IMG/VR virus record: IMGVR_UViG_3300037418_002332
Direction: 5' to 3' (one strand)
Origin: a virus
Lineage: Duplodnaviria > Caudoviricetes
DNA length: 64,000 nucleotides
A program made the position numbers and the translations under genes. Numbering within the stretch: the stretch's first letter is position 1; each line of letters begins with the position of its first letter. The notes under the pieces are model-generated. The model saw only the letters and a program-made list of their open reading frames with translations, was not told where the DNA came from and searched no databases. Positions 46,919 to 55,178 of the stretch are shown in pieces.

Positions 46919-47432
46919 TCCAAAATTTTTACATAAGAAAACCGAAACTTTTGACTTTACTAATCCCAAAATTCCCGCTAAAGAGTTATTCGATAATATG
47001 AAGGAAACAATGCTGGCCGTTGGCGGCGTTGGATTGGCGGCAAATCAAGTCGGCATCGATGCGTCAATGTTTGTGATGGGTGATCCAAAAAACCCATCCT
47101 CGATCATTGGTTGTTTCAATCCTAAAATCGTATTTATGTCTGGCAATAAAAAGATGGACAACGAAAGCTGTCTATCATTGCCAGGTATCTTGATGAAGAA
47201 GGAGCGTGACGTTGAAATCCGTGTTCGCTACCAAGATTATTTGGGAGCAGTAAACACCAAGGTTTTCACAAACTTCACAGCTCGAGTCTTCCAACACGAG
47301 TTCGATCATTTACAAGGCATCACTCTTTTGAGTGGTTTGTCAAAACTCAAACTCGATATGGCTATGAAGAAGGCCAAGAAACTTGGCGTCAAATATAGGA
47401 TGGAAGCATTACAAAATGAAAGATCTGAATAA
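46902..47432 (+). CDS. def: Peptide deformylase
   Basis: GVGLAANQ, ESCLS, QHEFDHLQG motifs. Confidence 0.92.
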   Translation: MQYNLDPKFLHKKTETFDFTNPKIPAKELFDNMKETMLAVGGVGLAANQVGIDASMFVMGDPKNPSSIIGCFNPKIVFMSGNKKMDNESCLSLPGILMKKERDVEIRVRYQDYLGAVNTKVFTNFTARVFQHEFDHLQGITLLSGLSKLKLDMAMKKAKKLGVKYRMEALQNERSE

Positions 47433-49296
47433 GAATTCTATCGTTGTCAAAATTCTGGCTAATGAAAACATTTCACTAGTCGTTCAAGAAGGCTTGCCTA
47501 CTGCTTCCTTCGATCTCAAAAATCGTATCGTTCGTGTTCCAAATTATATGTTTGATGACGACGATTTCACAACCATGGTGCTAGCTCACGAAGTTGGTCA
47601 CTGTCTCTACACTCCATATAACGGTTGGTTCGACTTTTTGAAGCAAGTCGAAAAAGATACCAGCCTCACCGATCAACAAAAAAATGCAGCCAAATCTGCC
47701 TTGAACATTCTTGAAGACGTTCGTATTGACAAGTTCATGCAAAAACGTTATTCAGGCTTGGTGAAATATTACAAGCGTTCATGCCGTTGGATCGTTGATA
47801 ATGACTTCTTCAAGATCAAAGCGAAAAACAAGAATTTGACAGGTATGTCATTTTTGAATCGTCTTTGCGTTTGGGCAAAGTGCGATAGTCGTTCGTCACT
47901 TCATGCATATGGTGTGAAGTTCAGCGCTGAAGAGCAAAGTTATGTCGATGAAATTTTCGCAGCTGAAACTTTTGAAGAAGTTCAACGTTTGGCCTTGGAA
48001 GTTATCAAGCGGTTTCCGTTGAATGATGATGTCGATGGCCTTGACGAAGAAATGGAAGAAGAGGAAGGCGATAACCAAAAGGGCGAAGGCCAAGAAGGAG
48101 AAGGCTTGGCTCCTGGTCGTTACAATGTTCATGACGAAAATATGGACAAAGACGGTAAGGGTGACGGCAAAGATTATGATAATGTCACAGCCGGTGGCTT
48201 GAATGCTGTTAACCAAAGCTTGTATGATCTTTGGGAACAATCAGTTTCACCTAAAGCAAACGTCGCGGTATCAAATTCATATCAAAATAAGTCAGGAACC
48301 AAAATTCTGAATGAAATGAAAGAATTCGTCACGGCTGATTTTGCAACCGGTCGTCGCACTCCAGTTACACTTGATAAAGTCTCTGAACTTTCAAAAGAAT
48401 ACAACCAGTATGTGAACTTGTTTGCGACTAAGTTCAATCAACGTAAACGAGCTCGTCAGTTGGTTAACAATTTCGAACGTGATACAGGTCGCGTTGATCC
48501 TCTGAAACTTTTCAAGTACAAATATGATGATAACATCTTCACTAAGAATGTGATTGAGAATTATCAAAAGAACCATGGTTTTATGTTTCTGATCGATTGC
48601 TCATCTTCAATGTCTGATGTGTTTAAGTCATTGACGTTGCAGTTGTTTGCATTTTACAAAATTTGCGATCGCATTGATGTACCATTCGTTGCTTATGGTT
48701 ACACTGATGAATATTATTTCACACGTGATAGCATGAAGAAGCCGCAAGAAACCAATTTTGGATCACATTTGAAATATTACAAATTTTTCGAAAAGGGTGA
48801 TTCGAAAAAGGAAATCTTCATGAATATCGCGAAGATGATTGCTGGCGATGTTTCAATGGGTGGCACACCAACTTCCGATGCGTTGCTTGGTTTGGTTCCT
48901 GAAATAAAAAGATTTAAGAATACCTATCTTCCTGACATCACAAACGTTATCGTTGTGACTGATGGTTCAGATGGAACTTCTATGCAAAGTTCTTCGTTGT
49001 CATTCAATGGAGCACTATATATGAACAAGTTCTCTCCGAGAGGTGTCGTTGATAACAACGCAGCTATCTATGCTCTTCTCAGGGATTTCTATGATGTAAG
49101 AATCTTCCATATGGATATCACGGATCACGTTCCTGATTCGATGCTATCTATGGATGAAACCAAAGCCTTCCAACGCAATAACTTTTTGTCGAAGAAGGAT
49201 TTCGGCGGTGCGGATAATGTTCTCTGGTTGAGAGAATCGTTGATCCAATCCAAATCAACTAAGGTAATCGACAGTCTCGTTAACATTTTGGCATAA
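47416..49296 (+). CDS. VWA-domain partner of a MoxR ATPase (CobT-like) with an N-terminal HExxH domain
   Basis: LA.ENI.L...TASFD...R....P; HEVGH.LYTP; N..ED.RI; MIDAS DCSSSM...GGTPT...VVTDG. Confidence 0.8.
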   Translation: MKDLNKNSIVVKILANENISLVVQEGLPTASFDLKNRIVRVPNYMFDDDDFTTMVLAHEVGHCLYTPYNGWFDFLKQVEKDTSLTDQQKNAAKSALNILEDVRIDKFMQKRYSGLVKYYKRSCRWIVDNDFFKIKAKNKNLTGMSFLNRLCVWAKCDSRSSLHAYGVKFSAEEQSYVDEIFAAETFEEVQRLALEVIKRFPLNDDVDGLDEEMEEEEGDNQKGEGQEGEGLAPGRYNVHDENMDKDGKGDGKDYDNVTAGGLNAVNQSLYDLWEQSVSPKANVAVSNSYQNKSGTKILNEMKEFVTADFATGRRTPVTLDKVSELSKEYNQYVNLFATKFNQRKRARQLVNNFERDTGRVDPLKLFKYKYDDNIFTKNVIENYQKNHGFMFLIDCSSSMSDVFKSLTLQLFAFYKICDRIDVPFVAYGYTDEYYFTRDSMKKPQETNFGSHLKYYKFFEKGDSKKEIFMNIAKMIAGDVSMGGTPTSDALLGLVPEIKRFKNTYLPDITNVIVVTDGSDGTSMQSSSLSFNGALYMNKFSPRGVVDNNAAIYALLRDFYDVRIFHMDITDHVPDSMLSMDETKAFQRNNFLSKKDFGGADNVLWLRESLIQSKSTKVIDSLVNILA

Positions 49297-49310
49297 GGAA
49301 AAGATATATT

Positions 49311-50192
49311 ATGAACTTCATCAAAACTGACTCATACGAATTTATCAAGCGTTTCTTCAAGGACGATTTGTTTTTCAACGTCTTCGTATCCGGCCCAAAG
49401 GGTTGTGGTAAGACCAAGACAATTGAAAGCATTCACAAGGAATTGGGCAAGCAGCTTGTTCGTGTGAATATCAGCATTGAAACTGACGAAGATTCTTTGA
49501 TTGGTGGTTTCCGTCTGCGTGATGGCGCTACTGTCTTTGAACGTGGTCCAGTTCTCAAAGCAATGCAAGAAGGCGCAACCCTTCTTCTTGACGAACTTGA
49601 TCAGGGTCATCCTCAGCGTCTGATGTGCCTTCAATCAATTCTTGAAGGTTCACCATACCATATTAAGCGCACCAATGAGCTCGTAGAACCAAAGAAAGGT
49701 TTCAAAATCATCGCTACAGCCAACACCAAAGGCTCTGGCGACGAAACTGGGCAATATATAGGTGCACAACTTCTGAACTCAGCTATGAAAGACCGCTTTG
49801 CGGTTTTCTATGAATTCAATTACCCAGACCCAGAAATCGAAAAGAACATCCTCGGCGAAATCGTGGATGAACTTCACAGCACCACTTCCTTGGCTAATGA
49901 TGTTGCAAAGCCAACCAAGGGTCAACTGAATAAACTGGTCGTTTGGGCGAATGAAATTCGTAACAACGATAGCGAGTTTGAAATTGATGAATCAATTTCT
50001 TCCCGTAAATTGATTGATATCGTGAAGGGTTATTACTTCATGGGCGACATTGAAACTTCAATTCGCCATTGTATCGCTGGCTATCCATCAGAATATGTGG
50101 ACAGCTTTATGAAAATTTACGATCTTATTGATGATGAAGGTAACGTGGCGAAGGAAGAACCTGTAGCACAAAAACAATACAAAAAATTCTAA
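49311..50192 (+). CDS. MoxR-family AAA+ ATPase (CobS-like)
   Basis: GPKGCGKT, ETDEDSLIGGF, GPV..AM..G..LLLDELD, ATANTKG.G...G.Y.G...LN.A..DRF. Confidence 0.88.
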   Translation: MNFIKTDSYEFIKRFFKDDLFFNVFVSGPKGCGKTKTIESIHKELGKQLVRVNISIETDEDSLIGGFRLRDGATVFERGPVLKAMQEGATLLLDELDQGHPQRLMCLQSILEGSPYHIKRTNELVEPKKGFKIIATANTKGSGDETGQYIGAQLLNSAMKDRFAVFYEFNYPDPEIEKNILGEIVDELHSTTSLANDVAKPTKGQLNKLVVWANEIRNNDSEFEIDESISSRKLIDIVKGYYFMGDIETSIRHCIAGYPSEYVDSFMKIYDLIDDEGNVAKEEPVAQKQYKKF

Positions 50193-50201
50193 GGAGAAAC
50201 T

Positions 50202-51038
50202 TTGGACATAGAAATCTCTCTCGATCCTCTAAGAGAAAATTGTAGAGTATTTCTAGGCATACCAATGTACGGCGGAGGCGGTGCCGGCTTTTTCATGAAG
50301 TCATGTATGTCACTCATGACTTTTATGACAAAAGTCGGCATCAAATTCCAACCGTATTTCATTTTCAATGAGTCATTGGTTACTAGAGCAAGAAACTATA
50401 TTGCTGATGAATTTATGCGAAGTGATTGCACCCATCTACTATTCATTGATGCGGACATAGAATATGCACCTGAAGACGTAATTACGCTTCTTCATTTTGC
50501 AGAAACAAAAAATCTTGATGTTACTTGCGGACCATATGCTAAGAAAAACATCTCATGGGAAAAAATCGTTGCCGCTGTAAATGCAGGCAAAGCTGATGAA
50601 AACCCTAACATTCTTTCACAATATGCTGGTGACTATGTATTCAGTCCACTTCAAACTGAATTCACAATGGATCAACCACTTGAAGTAAGAGAATCAGGCA
50701 CAGGCTTTATGTTGATCAAACGTAAGGTCATGGAAGACTTTGCCTTAGCATACCCTGAACTTCACTATTATCCAGATCATAAACGTTCAAAGGATTTCGG
50801 TGGTGACCGAAAGATTGTTGGATTCTTTATGGATCCAATTGACGAAGAACGACATTTGTCTGAAGACTATTTCTTCTGCAAATGGGCCAGAAAAATTGGC
50901 AAGAGAATTTGGATTTTGCCATGGCTTAAACTTAATCATTTTGGCAACTATAATTTTGAAGGTAATCTTGAGGCAATCCTATCTTTGGGCCTGGCCCCAC
51001 AAATCAAGGAAGAAGATGTCAAAAAAGTCCAGCAGTAA
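50202..51038 (+). CDS. GT-A fold glycosyltransferase-like protein
   Basis: GIPMYGG, NESLVTRARN...F..S.CTHLLFIDAD (DxD), GTGFMLIKR, LSEDY.FC..A..IG..IW. Confidence 0.7.
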   Translation: MDIEISLDPLRENCRVFLGIPMYGGGGAGFFMKSCMSLMTFMTKVGIKFQPYFIFNESLVTRARNYIADEFMRSDCTHLLFIDADIEYAPEDVITLLHFAETKNLDVTCGPYAKKNISWEKIVAAVNAGKADENPNILSQYAGDYVFSPLQTEFTMDQPLEVRESGTGFMLIKRKVMEDFALAYPELHYYPDHKRSKDFGGDRKIVGFFMDPIDEERHLSEDYFFCKWARKIGKRIWILPWLKLNHFGNYNFEGNLEAILSLGLAPQIKEEDVKKVQQ

Positions 51039-51384
51039 GCTATTCCAAGATATTTTGGACGTGAAGAAATCATCAGGTCCTAATCTAAAATATAATGAGG
51101 AAGCTTTGATTAATGAGCTCCTTGAATACACCAAGTCTACATATGGACAACATTATGTTGGTGAAGATAATATTCAATATATGGACATGGTTATGTCCGA
51201 TATTGATAATGGTTTGGGATTTTTGAAGCATTCAGCCGGGAAGTACATCAATCGTCTCGGTAAGAAGGAAGGCTTCAATAGAAAAGATATTATGAAGAGT
51301 TTACACTTTTTGATTTTGCTTTTATACAAAGCTGATAAAGATATATTTAAGGAGACTGATAGTAATAATGAAACTGACCGATAA
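51016..51384 (+). CDS. DUF3310-like (putative nucleotide kinase-like) protein
   Basis: KYNEE.LI.EL.EY..STYGQHY...G.GF....A.KYI.R.GKK.G.NRKD..K.LH; start set to ATG 51016. Confidence 0.6.
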   Translation: MSKKSSSKLFQDILDVKKSSGPNLKYNEEALINELLEYTKSTYGQHYVGEDNIQYMDMVMSDIDNGLGFLKHSAGKYINRLGKKEGFNRKDIMKSLHFLILLLYKADKDIFKETDSNNETDR

Positions 51385-52024
51385 GACAAAAACCATTTTG
51401 GAAAATTTCTCCAAGATTAGCAATTCCGTATACTTCTTCGCTGGTAAGACTCAAAAGGTAATGACTCCAGCAAAAACCATCGTAGCTGAAGCCGAATTCG
51501 ACGAAGAATTCCCAGCTGAGTTTGGTATCTATGACTTCGCTAAGTTCCTTTCAGTTCTATCATTGTTTGAAGAACCTGAACTTGAATTCACTGACAAATA
51601 TGTCACCATCAAGGATTCAACTACAACTGCAACATATTGGTTCACTTCAAAGGAACTGATCAGCAACGTTGTTGTTCCACAAAATAAGTCAATCAGCCTT
51701 TCAAATGTTGATTTGAGCTTTGAACTTTCCAAGGATGATTACAAATATTTGAAGTCATCATCTTCAGTCATGAACTTGACCAACTTCATCATCGAGGGTG
51801 ATGGCACTGCAATTAACCTTTTGGTTAAGGACGCAGACAATGATACTTCCAACAAGATGAGCAAAAAGGTTGGTGACACCACTGACACTTTCCAATATGT
51901 TGGTGACGTCTCAAATCTGAGAATGTTGGATGATGACTATGATGTTAAGGTTGCTAAGGCAGGCATCATTGAGTTTGCATCAAAGAACAACAAATTGAAG
52001 TACTGGGTAGCAATCAGAAAGTAA
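51368..52024 (+). CDS. gp45: Sliding clamp gp45
   Basis: MKLT..TK.IL.NFS.I.NS..F..G...T....A.A....EFP.EFGIYD...FL..LSLF..P.L.F...YWVA. Confidence 0.92.
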   Translation: MKLTDKTKTILENFSKISNSVYFFAGKTQKVMTPAKTIVAEAEFDEEFPAEFGIYDFAKFLSVLSLFEEPELEFTDKYVTIKDSTTTATYWFTSKELISNVVVPQNKSISLSNVDLSFELSKDDYKYLKSSSSVMNLTNFIIEGDGTAINLLVKDADNDTSNKMSKKVGDTTDTFQYVGDVSNLRMLDDDYDVKVAKAGIIEFASKNNKLKYWVAIRK

Positions 52025-52203
52025 TGATGAATCCTGAAACGACAGTTCAATATCTCAAAGTCAGAGATTACTTTGCTGCTCATTGTCCATCCCAAATAAT
52101 TGAAGGATGGACAAACTTTGGAGATTATGAAGGTGCGGCGAAAGTAGCATACAAATATGCGGATGCTATGATGAAGGCAAGAGAAATAAAAGATGACAAT
52201 TGA
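52024..52203 (+). CDS. Small conserved phage protein (RDYFAA...AY..ADAM..AR family), 59 aa
   Basis: My translation: MMNPETTVQYLKVRDYFAAHCPSQIIEGWTNFGDYEGAAKVAYKYADAMMKAREIKDDN. It fills the gap after gp45 and is below the ORF-track cutoff. Confidence 0.7.
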   Translation: MMNPETTVQYLKVRDYFAAHCPSQIIEGWTNFGDYEGAAKVAYKYADAMMKAREIKDDN

Positions 52204-52492
52204 TGAAGCAACACAACAAGCCTTTGCTCGATATGACAAAATGATCGGTGATAAAGGTATTGAACCGTTGAATTCATCAGATGGCGATTTTTCAAAAATG
52301 GGCAAGTCTCAACAGCTTGCCCATTGCCGTTGGATGGCTCAACACCAAATGAAACCTGAACAAGCACATCATTCGCTCGATAAAAAATCTCGATGGCTTG
52401 GATTTATTCAAGGTGTTTTGATAGTCAATGGATTGACTAATGTAGACACAGAACGTAATATTACAAGACCTTGGTTTACAGGAAAGGCGTAA
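52193..52492 (+). CDS. Hypothetical phage protein
   Basis: H..WM...DK.SRWLGFIQGVL...G....ER..TRP pattern; tightly packed in the operon. Confidence 0.6.
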   Translation: MTIDEATQQAFARYDKMIGDKGIEPLNSSDGDFSKMGKSQQLAHCRWMAQHQMKPEQAHHSLDKKSRWLGFIQGVLIVNGLTNVDTERNITRPWFTGKA

Positions 52493-52501
52493 ATATAAAT
52501 C

Positions 52502-53437
52502 ATGAGTAAAGATGATCTTGTCTGGGTGGAAAAATTCCGTCCCCAGAAAATTGATGATTGCATATTACCAATTGATATCAAAAAGAAACTGAAATCATTT
52601 GCTAGAAAATCAAAAGCAATGCCACATATTTTGATGGCAGGCACGGCTGGTGTTGGTAAGACTTCAGCTGCAAAAGCTTTGATGAATGAAATCGATGCAG
52701 ATTACATTATCATCAACGCATCAAAAGAACGTAACATCGACACACTTCGTGTCAAAATTCAAGAATACGCATCAACGGTTTCATTCGGTGAAGGGCGCAA
52801 GTTCGTCATTCTCGATGAGGCTGATGGTTTGACAAAACTGACTCAGGATGCGTTGAGAAATTTCATGGAAGAATTTGCTGCTAATTGCGGTTTCATTTTA
52901 ACATGTAATCATGAAAACAAAATTACCGAAGCTTTGAAATCCAGATGTACAGTTATTCACTTCACAGTGAAAAAGTCTGATACAAAGGAACTTGTACTTC
53001 AAGCATTGAAGCGTTTCGAAGAAATTCTGACCATTGAACAAGTGACTTTCGATAAGAAAGTTCTGCTTCATCATATCATGAACTTCTATCCTGATTTACG
53101 TAAAGCATTGAATGAGCTTCAAGCTTACAGTAATATCAATGAAACTATTGATACTGGCATCCTATCGATTTCTACAGGTAAGGAAATTGATGATCTTCTT
53201 GGCTTCTTGAAAACTAAGGATTTCTCTTCAATGAGAAAGTGGGTTGCTGAAAACGACGTCAATATGGAAAATCTGGTCGAATCATTGTTCCGAAAGGGTT
53301 CAAAGGAATTCGACAAGGAGAAAATTCCATATCTGGTTCTCATACTTTCTAAGTATGATTATCAAAATGCGTTTGTGAGCAACAAGGAAATCAATATTGT
53401 TGCGATGTTAACAGAGATCATGGGAGACGTGGCATGA
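52502..53437 (+). CDS. gp44: Clamp loader large subunit gp44
   Basis: WVEKFRP..IDDCILP, G.AG.GKT, ILDEAD, LR.F.EEF..NC.FI.TCN...I...L.SRC, PD.R..LNELQ.Y. Confidence 0.96.
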   Translation: MSKDDLVWVEKFRPQKIDDCILPIDIKKKLKSFARKSKAMPHILMAGTAGVGKTSAAKALMNEIDADYIIINASKERNIDTLRVKIQEYASTVSFGEGRKFVILDEADGLTKLTQDALRNFMEEFAANCGFILTCNHENKITEALKSRCTVIHFTVKKSDTKELVLQALKRFEEILTIEQVTFDKKVLLHHIMNFYPDLRKALNELQAYSNINETIDTGILSISTGKEIDDLLGFLKTKDFSSMRKWVAENDVNMENLVESLFRKGSKEFDKEKIPYLVLILSKYDYQNAFVSNKEINIVAMLTEIMGDVA

Positions 53438-53670
53438 AGGTTAGAGATCTAATCAAGGAATTTGAATTGTTAGATCCTGATCTTGATGTTTATATCGCGG
53501 CTGATTCTGAAGGCAACATGTTTAACAAATTCTCTGATATTGGTGAAGGCTACATCGAAGTTCTTGAACATAACAAATATATGTCAAGAGTAGATTGCCT
53601 TTACAATGAAGAAGATTTGAAAGAATATGATATTGAAGATTTTCGAAAGGTTATCGTTTTATGGCCATGA
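53434..53670 (+). CDS. Small acidic hypothetical protein
   Basis: MKVRDLI..F..LDPD..V...D.EGN; coupled by ATGA overlaps to gp44 and gp62. Confidence 0.6.
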   Translation: MKVRDLIKEFELLDPDLDVYIAADSEGNMFNKFSDIGEGYIEVLEHNKYMSRVDCLYNEEDLKEYDIEDFRKVIVLWP

Positions 53671-54032
53671 GCCCATTCGACTATATCAAATCTATCAATG
53701 AAAAGTCATATGTATATGATGAACAGAATGAGAAAGAATACACTTCTCATGTCATAAACATTGGACTTTCTTTCTTTTCTGATACCATCTTTTTGGTGAA
53801 CGAAGCGAATAAATACAATTTGAATGGCAAGATGCATTACGACTTCCTCTACTATTCGGTTGAACCCCGAAAACGTTGGAGCAAGTGGTTTAAGAAAGAA
53901 GCCAATCAAGAGGAATTGGATAATATCATTGAATATTTTGATGTTTCCATGACTAAGGCGAAGGAACTCCGCAAAGTTCTTACGACCGATCAACTTAGTG
54001 AAATAAAGAGTAAATTGAGTAAAGGCGGATAA
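53667..54032 (+). CDS. gp62: Clamp loader small subunit gp62
   Basis: PFDY.KSIN...Y...IN..LS.F.DTI..VNE.N......YDF....V..RKR.SKW.K...I..YF.VS..KA. Confidence 0.9.
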   Translation: MSPFDYIKSINEKSYVYDEQNEKEYTSHVINIGLSFFSDTIFLVNEANKYNLNGKMHYDFLYYSVEPRKRWSKWFKKEANQEELDNIIEYFDVSMTKAKELRKVLTTDQLSEIKSKLSKGG

Positions 54033-54036
54033 TTAC

Positions 54037-54441
54037 ATGACTGATATTATTGATACACTTGTAGAAGTGAAATTGAAAAATGACAATTTCCTTGTTGTAA
54101 AGGAAACCCTTTCAAGAATCGGTGTCGCCAACAAAGACAAGAAGCTGTTTCAATCTTGCTACATTCTACAGAAACGCGGCAAGTTCTACATTGTTCATTT
54201 CAAAGAACTTTTCATCCTAGACGGAAAAACATCAACCTATTCTGAAGAAGACAAAGGTCGTAGAAATACGATCGTGAAGCTTCTACAAGATTGGGATTTG
54301 ATTGATGTGGTCAACCCTGATCTGATCAAGGAACCACTGACTCCAATCCAAAAGATTAAGGTTATCAAGTCTTCTGAAAAGGATCAATGGGAATTGATCG
54401 AAAAGTACCAAATTGGTAAGACCAAAAAGAAGGAAGAATAA
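54037..54441 (+). CDS. regA: Translational repressor RegA
   Basis: EV.L..D.FL.VKETL.RIGVA....KL.QSC.ILQKRG..YIVHFKELF.LDGK......D..RRN.I..LL.DW.L. Confidence 0.95.
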   Translation: MTDIIDTLVEVKLKNDNFLVVKETLSRIGVANKDKKLFQSCYILQKRGKFYIVHFKELFILDGKTSTYSEEDKGRRNTIVKLLQDWDLIDVVNPDLIKEPLTPIQKIKVIKSSEKDQWELIEKYQIGKTKKKEE

Positions 54442-54927
54442 ATGGAGTCAACTATTTTCGATGATGAGCCAGTCAGTTTGATTATTGATCGGCCAACGGT
54501 GGGACTTCAATTTGTTGGAAAACATATTTCTTCTTACATTCCACAATATGAAACACTAGGTTCGTCCGGTGTTGATTTACGTGCTGATATTCCTGAACCA
54601 ATCACTGTTGAACCAGGTGAAATCTATATGTTTGGTACAGGTATTCAGTTGAATATCCCAGTCGGGATGGAAGCGCAAGTGCGTTCACGTTCCGGGTTGG
54701 CAGTAAAGTATGGTGCATCAGTTCTACATGGAGTTGGCACTATTGATTCAGATTATACAGGTGAAATTGCGATGATCATGTCAACGATCAAACCTTTCAC
54801 TGTAAAACCTGGTGATCGTATTGCTCAGATGGTATTTGCTAAAGTTTCGCAAGTGTTGTTTGAAATGGAGGTCATAAATGACAAATCAAGCAGAGGTTCT
54901 GGAGGTTTCGGCAGCACAGGTGTCTGA
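54442..54927 (+). CDS. dut: Trimeric dUTPase
   Basis: SGVDL, RSRSGL, GTIDSDY.GEI, GDRIAQ, RG.GGFGSTG. Confidence 0.93.
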   Translation: MESTIFDDEPVSLIIDRPTVGLQFVGKHISSYIPQYETLGSSGVDLRADIPEPITVEPGEIYMFGTGIQLNIPVGMEAQVRSRSGLAVKYGASVLHGVGTIDSDYTGEIAMIMSTIKPFTVKPGDRIAQMVFAKVSQVLFEMEVINDKSSRGSGGFGSTGV

Positions 54928-55102
54928 TGCCTTAACAAATATTACAGATCAAATCAATTATCTGTATGAAGAGTGTGCTAGAATCGACAGAAAATACAAA
55001 GGTCGCCGAATCAAACCGGGTGCTTTACAATACATTCAAGAATGTAAACATAAGGCTAAGTTATTGATCGCAAAGCGAAAAATGCTTAGAAATATTTACT
55101 GA
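54920..55102 (+). CDS. Small basic hypothetical protein (about 60 aa)
   Basis: GTG start overlapping the dut end; fills the gap before the hairpin. Confidence 0.45.
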   Translation: MSDALTNITDQINYLYEECARIDRKYKGRRIKPGALQYIQECKHKAKLLIAKRKMLRNIY

Positions 55103-55136
55103 AAAAGTATATTTCAAATTTTGACAAGTATAAATT

Positions 55137-55158
55137 AGAGGGGAAGCAATTCCCCTCT
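55137..55158 (+). terminator. GNRA-capped hairpin just upstream of the gp43 RBS (terminator or translational operator)
   Basis: AGAGGGGAA-GCAA-TTCCCCTCT then TT; AGGAG follows about 9 nt later. Confidence 0.65.
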
Positions 55159-55178
55159 TTCTCATTTAGGAGCAATCA

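Noticed and set aside
47416-50192. Cobalamin biosynthesis (cobT/cobS) auxiliary metabolic genes
   Set aside because: No cobN or other pathway genes; the motifs only support a generic MoxR/VWA pair.
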